This document shows, in pieces, positions 10,774 through 19,538 of a stretch of 64,000 nt of DNA. The translations under genes were made by a program, and so were the position numbers. This DNA is from Macrostomum lignano (lineage: Eukaryota), in assembly GCA_002269645.1 (NCBI GenBank), contig NIVC01002565.1, positions 62,001-126,000 on the forward strand. The letters are read 5' to 3'. Positions within the stretch are counted from its first letter, which is position 1. Every line of letters begins with the position of its first letter. The notes below the pieces were generated by a model that saw only the letters and a list, made by a program, of their open reading frames with translations, was not told where the DNA came from and ran no database searches.

Positions 10774-11207
10774 TCAAAACTCTAAAAACTTTTCAGTACA
10801 TATTGCGGTCAAAACTCGAATATCGCGTAGACATCGAGTGGCATCAGGTTTGATACGACACCACTTTCGAAACGTGCAGTCTCGCGGCATACTATTACAT
10901 AAGGGGCATCCTATAATGCCCCTACTAGCGGTTTGCTTCAAACAGTGCATGCAAATAAAATGTTGGTGGTTACAATATTGAAACGTGCGCCAAGAATAAC
11001 AATAGGCACATTGTCGCAAACTATCTCTACAGAGGGGACAATCTGCCAGGGCTGAATATAGTGTGAATCACTTAAACATTGTCCGCAAACTTTATGTCCA
11101 TTGATGCAAATAGTCGGTGGCTTGACAGCCAAGTCATCAGTTAAACATATCGGGCAGTCATATAGCTGCTGAGGCTGGGGCGCCTGTTTTGACAGTGCGT
11201 TGCCCAT
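10774..11207 (-). CDS. Accessory ORF of the LTR element: N-myristoylated tandem RING (2 x C3HC4) protein, ~144 aa after restoring one base near 11065
   Basis: Joins ORF-track 10938..11219 and 10774..11019. It starts MGNALSK, followed by CPIC-x12-C-x3-H-x2-C-x2-C-[frameshift]-CPLC and then CAYC-x8-C-x3-H-x2-C-x2-C-x11-CPLC. Confidence 0.75.
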
Positions 11208-11327
11208 AATTGTCGTCAATTTGTCGCTGTCTTTGTGTCGCTCGGATTAGTCGCCTTTTACGACAAGCTTGCGAAGCTGTAGTGCTATTCTTTATCCCGG
11301 TCACTACACGGGGTTGTTCTCTAAACT

Positions 11328-11640
11328 CTAGCGTGGTCGTAGGTTGTAGCCATGTGGCTGGCTCACATCTGTCGTTTGAGTCTCCTCGTGCTTCGTCGCG
11401 ATGTGGCGGTTCGTTGAACGCGTGCGATCAGCGTTGTCTAATGTCGGTAGAAACGTCGCGTGTCAGTGTTGATCTTCTTTAGTCGATGAATGTGTACGTA
11501 GAACTGGTGCTGATGTGGATCTTGTACATTAGCCAGGCGTGCCGTTGTTGGTGACGTTAGTTGGACCACTCGATAGGGTCCTTTATACTTCTGTGCATGT
11601 TTATGCGTCTGCTGTGGCGGGTAGTGTAGGTAACGATGTC
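11328..11640 (-). CDS. Frameshifted integrase C-terminal tail (GPY module and YNLRPR end)
   Basis: Alternative frames read GDIV/YLHYPPQQTHKHAQKYKGPYRVVQL...VHIHRLKK and ...QPHGYNLRPR*, typical Gypsy integrase C-terminal motifs. Two single-base indels are required. Confidence 0.75.
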
Positions 11641-14600
11641 GCCGGCCGTCAGGGTTGTCGATCTCGCGTCGTTGCCGGTGGTCAGAGCCACCTGGTTGTC
11701 AATGTTGTGCTTGGCGATCTTCCATGCGAGGTGTAGTTGCGTGACGAATTTCTGAATGGAAGTCGGTACTTCCACGTACTGCGATGGTAGCAATTGCTGT
11801 GCGAGCAGATTCGGCGGTTGGAAGTCTCGTCCAAACATTAGGAAGAATGGCGTATTGTCCGTTGATCGATGAATAGCGCTGTTGTAGGCCATTGTTACAG
11901 ATTGCAGGTAGATGATCCAGTCTTCCGGCTGTTGGTGCGCGAAATGTGTAATCATCTCGTGCAGGTTGCGGTGAAACCGTTCAACCATGTTTGCCTTCGG
12001 ATTGTAGGTCGATGTGTAGATCTGCGTAATGTTGAGAATCCTTACGACTTGCTGAAACAGTTGCGATGTAAACTGCGATCCGTTGTCCGATGTGAGGTTC
12101 TTCGGCGTGCCGTACTTGCAAATGATTTCGTTGAAGAAACTCATTGCCACTGTCTGAGCTGTGATGTCCGGTATCGGTATGGCGATAGCAAACTTCGAGA
12201 AGATATCCAAGGCGGTTAGAATGTAGGTGTAGGCGATGCCCTGGAGACAGCTCGGTGGTAGCGGTCCGGTGATGTCGATGCTTAGACAGTCCATTGTAGT
12301 CGACTTCGGAATGGACTGTAGCTGCGGTTTCTGTCGTCGTCCTGTCTTTGATGCAGCACATGAATGGCAGTTGTTGCAATACTGCTTGATGTCGCCGTAC
12401 ATAGTTGGCCAAAAGTAGTATTGTTCCACTCTCGCGATGGTCTTTGCTGCCGACAGGTGTCCAGCGAGTGGGTTGTCGTGTAGCTCGTTGAGAATTGCTT
12501 GCCGAAACGAATATGGTATGTAGATCTTGGGTTTATTGTCGCTCATCCAGTAGAGCCGTGACTTATTGATTGTTAGGTGTTGTCGTTGCTTGCGTAGGAA
12601 TTTTCGTTCCATGGGACTGAGTTTGATGTTCTTGTCGTCGTCTTTAACCGCTTGGTAGAAGTTGTCGCGCTCGGTTTCATCCACCAACTCCTTGATGTTA
12701 GGGATTGGATGAATGGCGTTGACTTCATAGGCTCTTGACAGGGCGTCCGCGGCTTTGTTGGTAATTCCTGGTTTGTAGACGAGTTTGTAGTTGTAATCCT
12801 GGATCTTGAGTGTCATTCTGATGAGTCGGTTGTTGGTCTGTCCTTTTGTAGTTACGACGTAGGTCAATGGTGCATGATCCGTGCGTACTATCGTCTGTAT
12901 TGGAGAACCATAGATGTAGTAATGAAACTGTCGCAGGGCGAACAAGACTCCTAGTAGCTCTCGTTCCGTAGCTGACCACTTTGTTTCATTTGGTTTGAGT
13001 GCTCGACTGACGTAGGCAATAGGTCGTTCCTTCTTGTCCTCGGTTTCCTGTAGTAGGACTGCTCCGAGTCCCGTTCCTGAGGCGTCTGTCTCGATGATGA
13101 AGGGCTTGTCGAAGTCCGGATGCTGTAGCAGTGCGTCTGATGTCAGCTGTCGTTTGATTTCGTCGAAACTTTCCTGTTGTCTCTGTGTCCAGTTGTCTTG
13201 CTTCCATTTGTCGAACTTGAGCAGGTCGTACAGTGGCTTTGCTGTCTTTGCGAAGTTAGGTAAGAACTTCCTGAAGTATTGCGCAAGTCCAAGGAATGAT
13301 TGGACCTTCGTTATACTGGTTGGCGTAGGAAACTTCTTCACCTTTTCCACGTTGTCTGGGTCCGGTGAGATTCCTTTGGCTGTCACCTGATGTCCCAGGT
13401 AACGCACGTTGTCTCGGAAGAATTTGCATTTAGTTGGTTGTAGCTTCAGACCTTGGCGTTGAATGAGCGCTAGGGCCTTCTCCGTAGCTTCGTAGAGTCG
13501 CTCGAAATCCTCTCCGTAGGCTAAAATGTCGTCGACATAGTGCAGCAGGTTCGTGCATCCTGCTAGCATGTATGCTGTTAGTCGACTCATCGTTGCTGGG
13601 CTGTTGCTAAGTCCCATCGGCGATCGATTGTACTCGTATACTTGTCCATTGTAGGTTTTGAAAGCCGTGTACTGTCGTGACTCTTTCTCGATTTCAATTT
13701 GCCAAAATCCATGACGTAGGTCGAACACCGTGAACAATTTTGCCGTGTTGAGCTTTGCTAGTAGTTCGGAGATCTTCGGTAGGCTTTGCTGATCCGTCGG
13801 TATGTACTTGTTCAACAGTCTGAAGTCGCATACGAGTCGTCTTTCGTTTGTCTCCTTCTTCTGTACCAGTAGGCACGGTGAGGAGTAAGCCGAAATAGCT
13901 TTGCTGATGATGCCGTGCTTTAGCATTTTATCGATGATTTCGTCAAAGTGTTGTTGCAGATGCTTGGCGATCGGGTACGGCTTGCACTGAATTGGTTCCG
14001 TGTGCGGCAGAAGTTTGATTTCCTGTTTGATGTCCTTGGCTCGTCCGATGTCGTAATCATGATGGCAGAAGGCTTCGTTGTACTTCCACAACAGCTGTCG
14101 AACTTTCCTCTTTTGCTGTTCCGTAATCGGGCTGTCATCCAAATTGATCTTCTTTTGAAATTCTTCCTCTGTTAGTCGTGGAGTCGCTTGTTCAATCAGC
14201 ATAACCGATGCTTGGGTGTTGAGATGACCGATGCACATTCCTTGTCGTAGATGAACCGTTTCTGTGTTCGGGTTGAAGATTTGTACTGGCAGTTGCTTAT
14301 CCTTTGCAACCAGCACTAGTGCCGTAGGCATCATGATTTGATGTTTTGCCGTGACTCTCCTGTGTGGATCAAATATCATTGCTTCATCTGCCGCGCTGGT
14401 CGTTTTCGCTCTGACCCAGCATGCGCTTTCAGGCTGGATAATGACATCTTGCTGCAGAGTTACTTTCGGTAGTACTCGAATCTGGTTGATCAGCGGTTGC
14501 TCCACCGTGTCGATCCTAAACGTTTGCTTGTTGAAGTCGAAGGTCAATGGTAGTTGAAGCTGCTTGAACGTGTCGATTCCAACGATGACGTCTTGGTTTG

Positions 14601-17600
14601 GTAGTCTGTCGATGATGTACGTCGGGACCGTCAGCTGTTTATTAGCAATTTTCAAGTCGATATCTGCTTTTCCTAGGATGTTGAGTGAATGTCCTCCTGC
14701 TCCTGCAACTGCGATTGCTGCTGGTCGTACCGCGAGTCGTAGCTTGTTGCATAATTGTTGCGAGATGACTGTGATCGAGCTGCCTGAATCCAGTAGTGCT
14801 CGACATGGCAAGTTGTTGACAATGACCTGAGCCATTGCTTTGCCAATCTCGGCGTGTAGCGTACAGACGTAGTTTTCCGGCCATTTTGGCTCGTGCTGTT
14901 CTGCTTGATAGTTGGGTGGTTGTATCCTTGGTGCCGTTGGTGTTGTCGGAATCGATGGATATAGCCGCGTTGCTAGTGTCGGTTGCCCTTGAACCTCACA
15001 ATGTGCAGTTTCTGTTAGTTCTAAACTGTTGTCGCTTTCCGTTGTCGTTCTTTGCATTATGGCATTCACTGTCTTCTTAGCTCTTGGACAAGTTTGACTG
15101 AAGCACCGTACGATCGATGAAATGATGAAGATTGCCGTGACAATCCACACAATGCAAGCACCGTAGAAGATGAATCCTTGATAGAGACTGCCTCTTCCAT
15201 TGAGCAGCTCCCAGAAGCTATTTGTCCAAAATGATTTGATGGCGCTGTCCATTGAAACAAGGACGGGAAATCTTCCTGTCCCGGTTCCTTTGTCCTTTCT
15301 TGTGAACAGCTGGTGAATCATCTTGCGTTGGGTGATGAACGCTTGCAAGAAGTCGTTGATCGTCCATCCTGGTGTTATCTCGTCAAGTTGGATATCGGCG
15401 AATGGCGTATACTTCGTTCTGTTGAATCGGATTTTCAAATCCTCCATGTCGTAGTTTTCGTCGACGATTACTTCCGGTTCTGTGACGTTTGCTGTCGTTC
15501 CAGTTGTTTTGATGACGTGTAGTGCATTGTCCAGTTGATAGTAGTTTACTGCCGTGGTGCAAGGTCTCGGTATTGCGGTGCCAACGATGATGTTGTGTAC
15601 CGTGTCCAAGAATCCCTGAATTCGTTTTCCTTCGTAGAACGCTTCAATCCTTGGCTTATCGTAGCAGGTTGTTGACGTGTTTGACGGCAAGATGTTAAAG
15701 TGCTGTATCGGCGTGCACTTGTATATCAACAGATGCTCGTATATTGGAACTGCCAAAACGTTCGTCATTCCGGTGATTTTACGAAAAGTCATCGTAGGGT
15801 TGACATAGTAGTTTTGTCTGGCATAATTTAAGTTGATTGCGTGCATTTTGCAAGTTAGCTGGACCAGTGTTCGATGCAAGTGGTTTAACTGGTTGTGTAG
15901 ATTGTGATCCAAAGCCGTTATCTTTGCTGACAACAGCCGGTTTGACACCAGTTTGGGACGTTCGATGTCACGTCGTCTTCTATTCTGTTTTTCTTGTTGC
16001 TGATACGTTCCATTGATGATTGCCAAGAAGGTTTGTTTGTCTTCATCCTTTACGTAGACTGGTATCTCTTGTTCCGAGATGAATAGTGTCTTGTCTGTAT
16101 CCTTGCATTTCAGTTTTTGCTCGACTGGTTTCTTTTGAAACGTCAGTGCCAAGTCTCCTGACTTTGCCAAAAACGTATTTGACAGTAGTCCTCCTTCAAC
16201 TGTGTGATACTTTTGAAGCTTGCAGTCAATTTCCGGCTCAACTTCCCACGCGAAGAAGTATTGTCGTGATTTGTACGGTTCCTCATAGTGTGATTGTGCT
16301 CTGTGCTCAATCTGCCATCGATAGTCTTGATGATATGTTGGACTCAGTGGTAGACTGTGTAGTTCTTCCTTCCGTAGAATCGGCGTTGGACACCATCCTT
16401 CACTGTATCGACATTCGCTTAGTTGCAGCTGTAACGATTCCATTTTCTCGTACGGATTGTAGTAGAATGGAATATTTCTGATCAAGTAGCTGTTGCGTGC
16501 CATATATTCTTTCCATTTTCCGAAGAAGTGAATATATCGACCGTTGGCTGAATTCTTTGTTCTGAACAGCTGTGCGTTGCCGACCTTCTCATCTGGTTCC
16601 AGTTCACCATCCTTTGAAAATAGTGTTTGATTCCATTGTAGGCATTCCGCGTGCGACACATGTAGCTCATGTTGTTTAAATCGGATCCGGTTCCATTGTC
16701 CGCGCCAAACTTTTTCCACCAGGTGCTTGTCTCTGAAGCATACTATCCCGTGTTGTCGATGCTTCTTGATGTTAGCCTTGTAGAGATCGAGTGTAATCTT
16801 CTTTGGTTTTGTCTGGTTTGTCTTGAAGTAACTGCATTTGATGTCGGTTGGTATCTTGTAGATCATCGGTTGGATATGCGCATCCGTTGGACAAATCATT
16901 GGCTTTTCCGTTGCCGTTGCTTTGGCGACTACTGCTATCAGTAGTATCACGATGATCCAGAATAGCCAGTTTTTCCACTTCTTGGATTTTGCCGTTGTCC
17001 TTGCTGGCATTGGCTGCGATCGCCATTCGTTATCTTCCATGTCCGCATCATATTCTTTCGGTTGTTCCATTGGCTGATCCAGGCGGAAGGCTTCTGATTC
17101 GCTTTGCTTTTTGGTTATTTCATTATCTTCGTCTGCGGCTTCTTCCGATGTTTCCGTTGTTTCACTCCATTGCGTTTGGTATCTTTTCTCTGTCTTGTAG
17201 TCGACCGTTTGAATATAGGCTTCACCATTTCGTTTGTATCGGATCTCGTAGCATTCGTCGCTGTCGGAACTCGGCTTTTCTTTCACCTGTTCTTTTTCCA
17301 TTTCTTCATCTTTCCATTGTATTTCGTAGCCTTGATCGCTGTCGGAACTTAGATTCTCCGCTCTCGGTTCTTCCTGCATTCCTCTTTCGGCTTGGTAGTC
17401 GTTCGTGTCATCACGCACCTCGCAGTCGTGGTCGTTGCCGTAACTTCTACATTCTTCTTCTTCTTTCATTTCTTTGTCTTTCATGCTCGTTTTGTCGTCA
17501 TCCACTGTTGTCGATTCATAGTTGTTTTCTTCGCCGGTTTTCATCTTTTCTTCGTTGCCGATGTCGCTCTCCGCCTCCTCCCTTGTCTTGTGATTTACTT

Positions 17601-18822
17601 TCTTCCTGTTTTCTCTGCTGTCTCCGGTGGTCTCTTTTAATTTGATCATTTCGGTTTCATTCGTCTCTTCTGTGTTGTCAGTGTTGTCCTCGTGCGTCGT
17701 CTTCTTTTCGATCAAGCTGATGTCAAGTTCCGGGACTGTGAAGTCCATTTCCAAGTCGTCAATTGTGAACACTTGCTGTTCTTGCTGTTCATTTTCCGGT
17801 GTGTACGTGATGGCATTCGCGTATCGTGGCATTGCTTGCGTCGGCTGTCTTTGTGTGTATCTGACGTTGCGTGGCCTGTAGCCATTACTTCTGAAGCGGC
17901 CTTCGTTTCCGAAGCGGCCATCATTTCCGGAGCGGTCATTATTTCCGAAGCGTCTATCATTTCCGAAGCGTCTCATTCCTTGTTGTTGGCGATTTTGATA
18001 GTGCTGCCATGGTTTCTGCGGCTTCTGATTGTTGAATATCTGTCGCGGCTTGTCGTATCTTGTTGACCAATGAGGACAATTAATCTGATAATGTCCTTCT
18101 TGTCCGCAGTAGTAACATCTGGCTGAGGCTTGTTCATTTCGTCTTTTTTGTTCGGCGATAGCAGCTGTCTGGTGCTGCATTAACTTGTTTAGTTGCTGCG
18201 TCAGTTTCTGCACTTCATTGTTGCCTGTCGTCATTAATGGGGCACTGGCTTCCCATTGCATTCCGCAACGCAAAAGGTCTTCTTCGGTTTCGATATTTTC
18301 ACGCAAAAGTCTATCCCGAAGTGACGGCTGTGCGTTGTTTATTACGTGCAGGATGAGGTTTTGTTCACGATCCATCAATCGTTGTCTTTCTCTGGCGGCC
18401 AATTCTGCCGCTCCCAGTGGTGGTTGGTCCGCAGCTTGCAGCGGTGGCTGATGCAGTGCCTTAATTATCTGGCGGATATCGTCCACAAAGGCGAGGAAGG
18501 ATTCTGTTGCTTGCATCCTTCTGTTATGCAACTTGTGCAGCAGCACTGATCTGTTTGTGCCGCAACGGTTGAAATGCGCGCGCAGTTGAATGATTAGTGC
18601 TGGATAATTTTGCTGTGTTGCCGCATCCAGCTTGCCGTAAATTTCTCGCGCAGTACCTTGGAGAAGAGGTGGCAGCAGCTGTGCCTTCTCTGGATTTTGT
18701 AGGTTGTATTCCCTACATACCAGGTCAAAATGGTCGACAAATGTGTTAAAATCTTTCTCCATCGAGAAAGTACCGACCGTTTCTTTGATGTCTCTGTGTA
18801 CCGTTGGATTGCGCCGCGCCAT
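11557..18822 (-). CDS. Gag-Env-Pol polyprotein, 2421 aa (capsid, CCHC nucleocapsid, acidic linker, gB-like envelope glycoprotein, aspartic protease, RT, RNase H, integrase)
   Basis: CCHC CYYCGQEGHYQINC (~18075-18116). Signal WLFWIIVILLIAVVAKA (~16920-16975), furin RRRR (~15970-15982), TM (~15110-15180). Protease LLDSGS (~14780-14800), RT YVDD (~13530-13540), RNase H IIETDASG (~13078-13101). Integrase HHCC (12355-12483) and DDE (SIDITGP, SDNGSQF, VERFHR). Confidence 0.97.
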   Translation of the reverse strand: MARRNPTVHRDIKETVGTFSMEKDFNTFVDHFDLVCREYNLQNPEKAQLLPPLLQGTAREIYGKLDAATQQNYPALIIQLRAHFNRCGTNRSVLLHKLHNRRMQATESFLAFVDDIRQIIKALHQPPLQAADQPPLGAAELAARERQRLMDREQNLILHVINNAQPSLRDRLLRENIETEEDLLRCGMQWEASAPLMTTGNNEVQKLTQQLNKLMQHQTAAIAEQKRRNEQASARCYYCGQEGHYQINCPHWSTRYDKPRQIFNNQKPQKPWQHYQNRQQQGMRRFGNDRRFGNNDRSGNDGRFGNEGRFRSNGYRPRNVRYTQRQPTQAMPRYANAITYTPENEQQEQQVFTIDDLEMDFTVPELDISLIEKKTTHEDNTDNTEETNETEMIKLKETTGDSRENRKKVNHKTREEAESDIGNEEKMKTGEENNYESTTVDDDKTSMKDKEMKEEEECRSYGNDHDCEVRDDTNDYQAERGMQEEPRAENLSSDSDQGYEIQWKDEEMEKEQVKEKPSSDSDECYEIRYKRNGEAYIQTVDYKTEKRYQTQWSETTETSEEAADEDNEITKKQSESEAFRLDQPMEQPKEYDADMEDNEWRSQPMPARTTAKSKKWKNWLFWIIVILLIAVVAKATATEKPMICPTDAHIQPMIYKIPTDIKCSYFKTNQTKPKKITLDLYKANIKKHRQHGIVCFRDKHLVEKVWRGQWNRIRFKQHELHVSHAECLQWNQTLFSKDGELEPDEKVGNAQLFRTKNSANGRYIHFFGKWKEYMARNSYLIRNIPFYYNPYEKMESLQLQLSECRYSEGWCPTPILRKEELHSLPLSPTYHQDYRWQIEHRAQSHYEEPYKSRQYFFAWEVEPEIDCKLQKYHTVEGGLLSNTFLAKSGDLALTFQKKPVEQKLKCKDTDKTLFISEQEIPVYVKDEDKQTFLAIINGTYQQQEKQNRRRRDIERPKLVSNRLLSAKITALDHNLHNQLNHLHRTLVQLTCKMHAINLNYARQNYYVNPTMTFRKITGMTNVLAVPIYEHLLIYKCTPIQHFNILPSNTSTTCYDKPRIEAFYEGKRIQGFLDTVHNIIVGTAIPRPCTTAVNYYQLDNALHVIKTTGTTANVTEPEVIVDENYDMEDLKIRFNRTKYTPFADIQLDEITPGWTINDFLQAFITQRKMIHQLFTRKDKGTGTGRFPVLVSMDSAIKSFWTNSFWELLNGRGSLYQGFIFYGACIVWIVTAIFIISSIVRCFSQTCPRAKKTVNAIMQRTTTESDNSLELTETAHCEVQGQPTLATRLYPSIPTTPTAPRIQPPNYQAEQHEPKWPENYVCTLHAEIGKAMAQVIVNNLPCRALLDSGSSITVISQQLCNKLRLAVRPAAIAVAGAGGHSLNILGKADIDLKIANKQLTVPTYIIDRLPNQDVIVGIDTFKQLQLPLTFDFNKQTFRIDTVEQPLINQIRVLPKVTLQQDVIIQPESACWVRAKTTSAADEAMIFDPHRRVTAKHQIMMPTALVLVAKDKQLPVQIFNPNTETVHLRQGMCIGHLNTQASVMLIEQATPRLTEEEFQKKINLDDSPITEQQKRKVRQLLWKYNEAFCHHDYDIGRAKDIKQEIKLLPHTEPIQCKPYPIAKHLQQHFDEIIDKMLKHGIISKAISAYSSPCLLVQKKETNERRLVCDFRLLNKYIPTDQQSLPKISELLAKLNTAKLFTVFDLRHGFWQIEIEKESRQYTAFKTYNGQVYEYNRSPMGLSNSPATMSRLTAYMLAGCTNLLHYVDDILAYGEDFERLYEATEKALALIQRQGLKLQPTKCKFFRDNVRYLGHQVTAKGISPDPDNVEKVKKFPTPTSITKVQSFLGLAQYFRKFLPNFAKTAKPLYDLLKFDKWKQDNWTQRQQESFDEIKRQLTSDALLQHPDFDKPFIIETDASGTGLGAVLLQETEDKKERPIAYVSRALKPNETKWSATERELLGVLFALRQFHYYIYGSPIQTIVRTDHAPLTYVVTTKGQTNNRLIRMTLKIQDYNYKLVYKPGITNKAADALSRAYEVNAIHPIPNIKELVDETERDNFYQAVKDDDKNIKLSPMERKFLRKQRQHLTINKSRLYWMSDNKPKIYIPYSFRQAILNELHDNPLAGHLSAAKTIARVEQYYFWPTMYGDIKQYCNNCHSCAASKTGRRQKPQLQSIPKSTTMDCLSIDITGPLPPSCLQGIAYTYILTALDIFSKFAIAIPIPDITAQTVAMSFFNEIICKYGTPKNLTSDNGSQFTSQLFQQVVRILNITQIYTSTYNPKANMVERFHRNLHEMITHFAHQQPEDWIIYLQSVTMAYNSAIHRSTDNTPFFLMFGRDFQPPNLLAQQLLPSQYVEVPTSIQKFVTQLHLAWKIAKHNIDNQVALTTGNDARSTTLTAGDIVTYTTRHSRRINMHRSIKDPIEWSN
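15060..16980 (-). other. Envelope glycoprotein domain (class III, herpesvirus gB-like) embedded in the polyprotein
   Basis: Signal peptide, Cys-rich ectodomain with six N-X-S/T sequons, furin site and C-terminal TM. The motif series C...NP...C.P...CY..P...GFL...PCT...YY parallels HSV gB domains III-IV. Confidence 0.85.
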
Positions 18823-19518
18823 GTTGTTGATAGGGTAGAACGGTAGTTCAAGATCTGGATCGATTTGTAACGGATCGTCCAGTGTGGTGTTTGCCTCGGA
18901 ATAAACCTCGACTGTAACGAATTGCCTTGTGGTGTCGATTTGTTATTCGCTGGCCTCGGATGCGGTGTGGCTTGCTGCCACTGGTTGTCCTCAAATGAAC
19001 TTGTTCTGTTCGCTTGCTGATTTCGCACTTATGCGGCGTCCCGCAAAGTGTATCTTCAAGTTGAAGTGGACTTGTCTTCTTGCTTTGCAAAGTCTTTCTT
19101 CTCTTCTTTGACTCTCTCTCTTTTGTCAATTAACTCTGCTCTCCACGAAGTTTCAATTAATTTCGGTTTTGTTTTAGTTTTTGTGCCGGCAAAATGTTTC
19201 AGTTATTTTTTGTTTGTTTTGCGTCGACGATTCTTTTTATTTTTGGTTTGTTTTCAGTGTACCGACGAAGTTAATTTCGGTTTTGTTTTAAACTCACACT
19301 TGCTCGAGCTCGTCAAAACAAAATTTTAACACGCGTGCTCAAACTGTACTCAAATTTGACAGGTGCTCAAACCTGTACACCAAATTTTACTCGAGTTTCA
19401 AAACGTAACGGACTTAAAAAGTGTTAACTCTAACACGTGCGCGCAAAATTAATGAAGTCGCTCTGTCGTCACTTTACAATAGCTTGGCCAGGCTATTGCT
19501 CAAGGTTTGAGTAGTGCC

Positions 19519-19536
19519 GAGAGGGCGAGATCACCA
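19519..19536 (-). promoter_or_regulatory. Primer binding site
   Basis: TGGTGATCTCGCCCTCTC begins 2 nt after the 5' LTR. TGG is complementary to tRNA CCA. The primer tRNA was not identified. Confidence 0.8.
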
Positions 19537-19538
19537 AT

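Noticed and set aside
11035-11075. Programmed ribosomal frameshift joining the two RING halves
   Set aside because: No X-XXY-YYZ slippery heptamer at the site. A single missing T in a homopolymer is simpler.
16989-18451. Antisense hydrophobic ORFs opposite the Gag/linker
   Set aside because: Expected shadow frames of a purine-rich acidic coding strand, with no independent signals.
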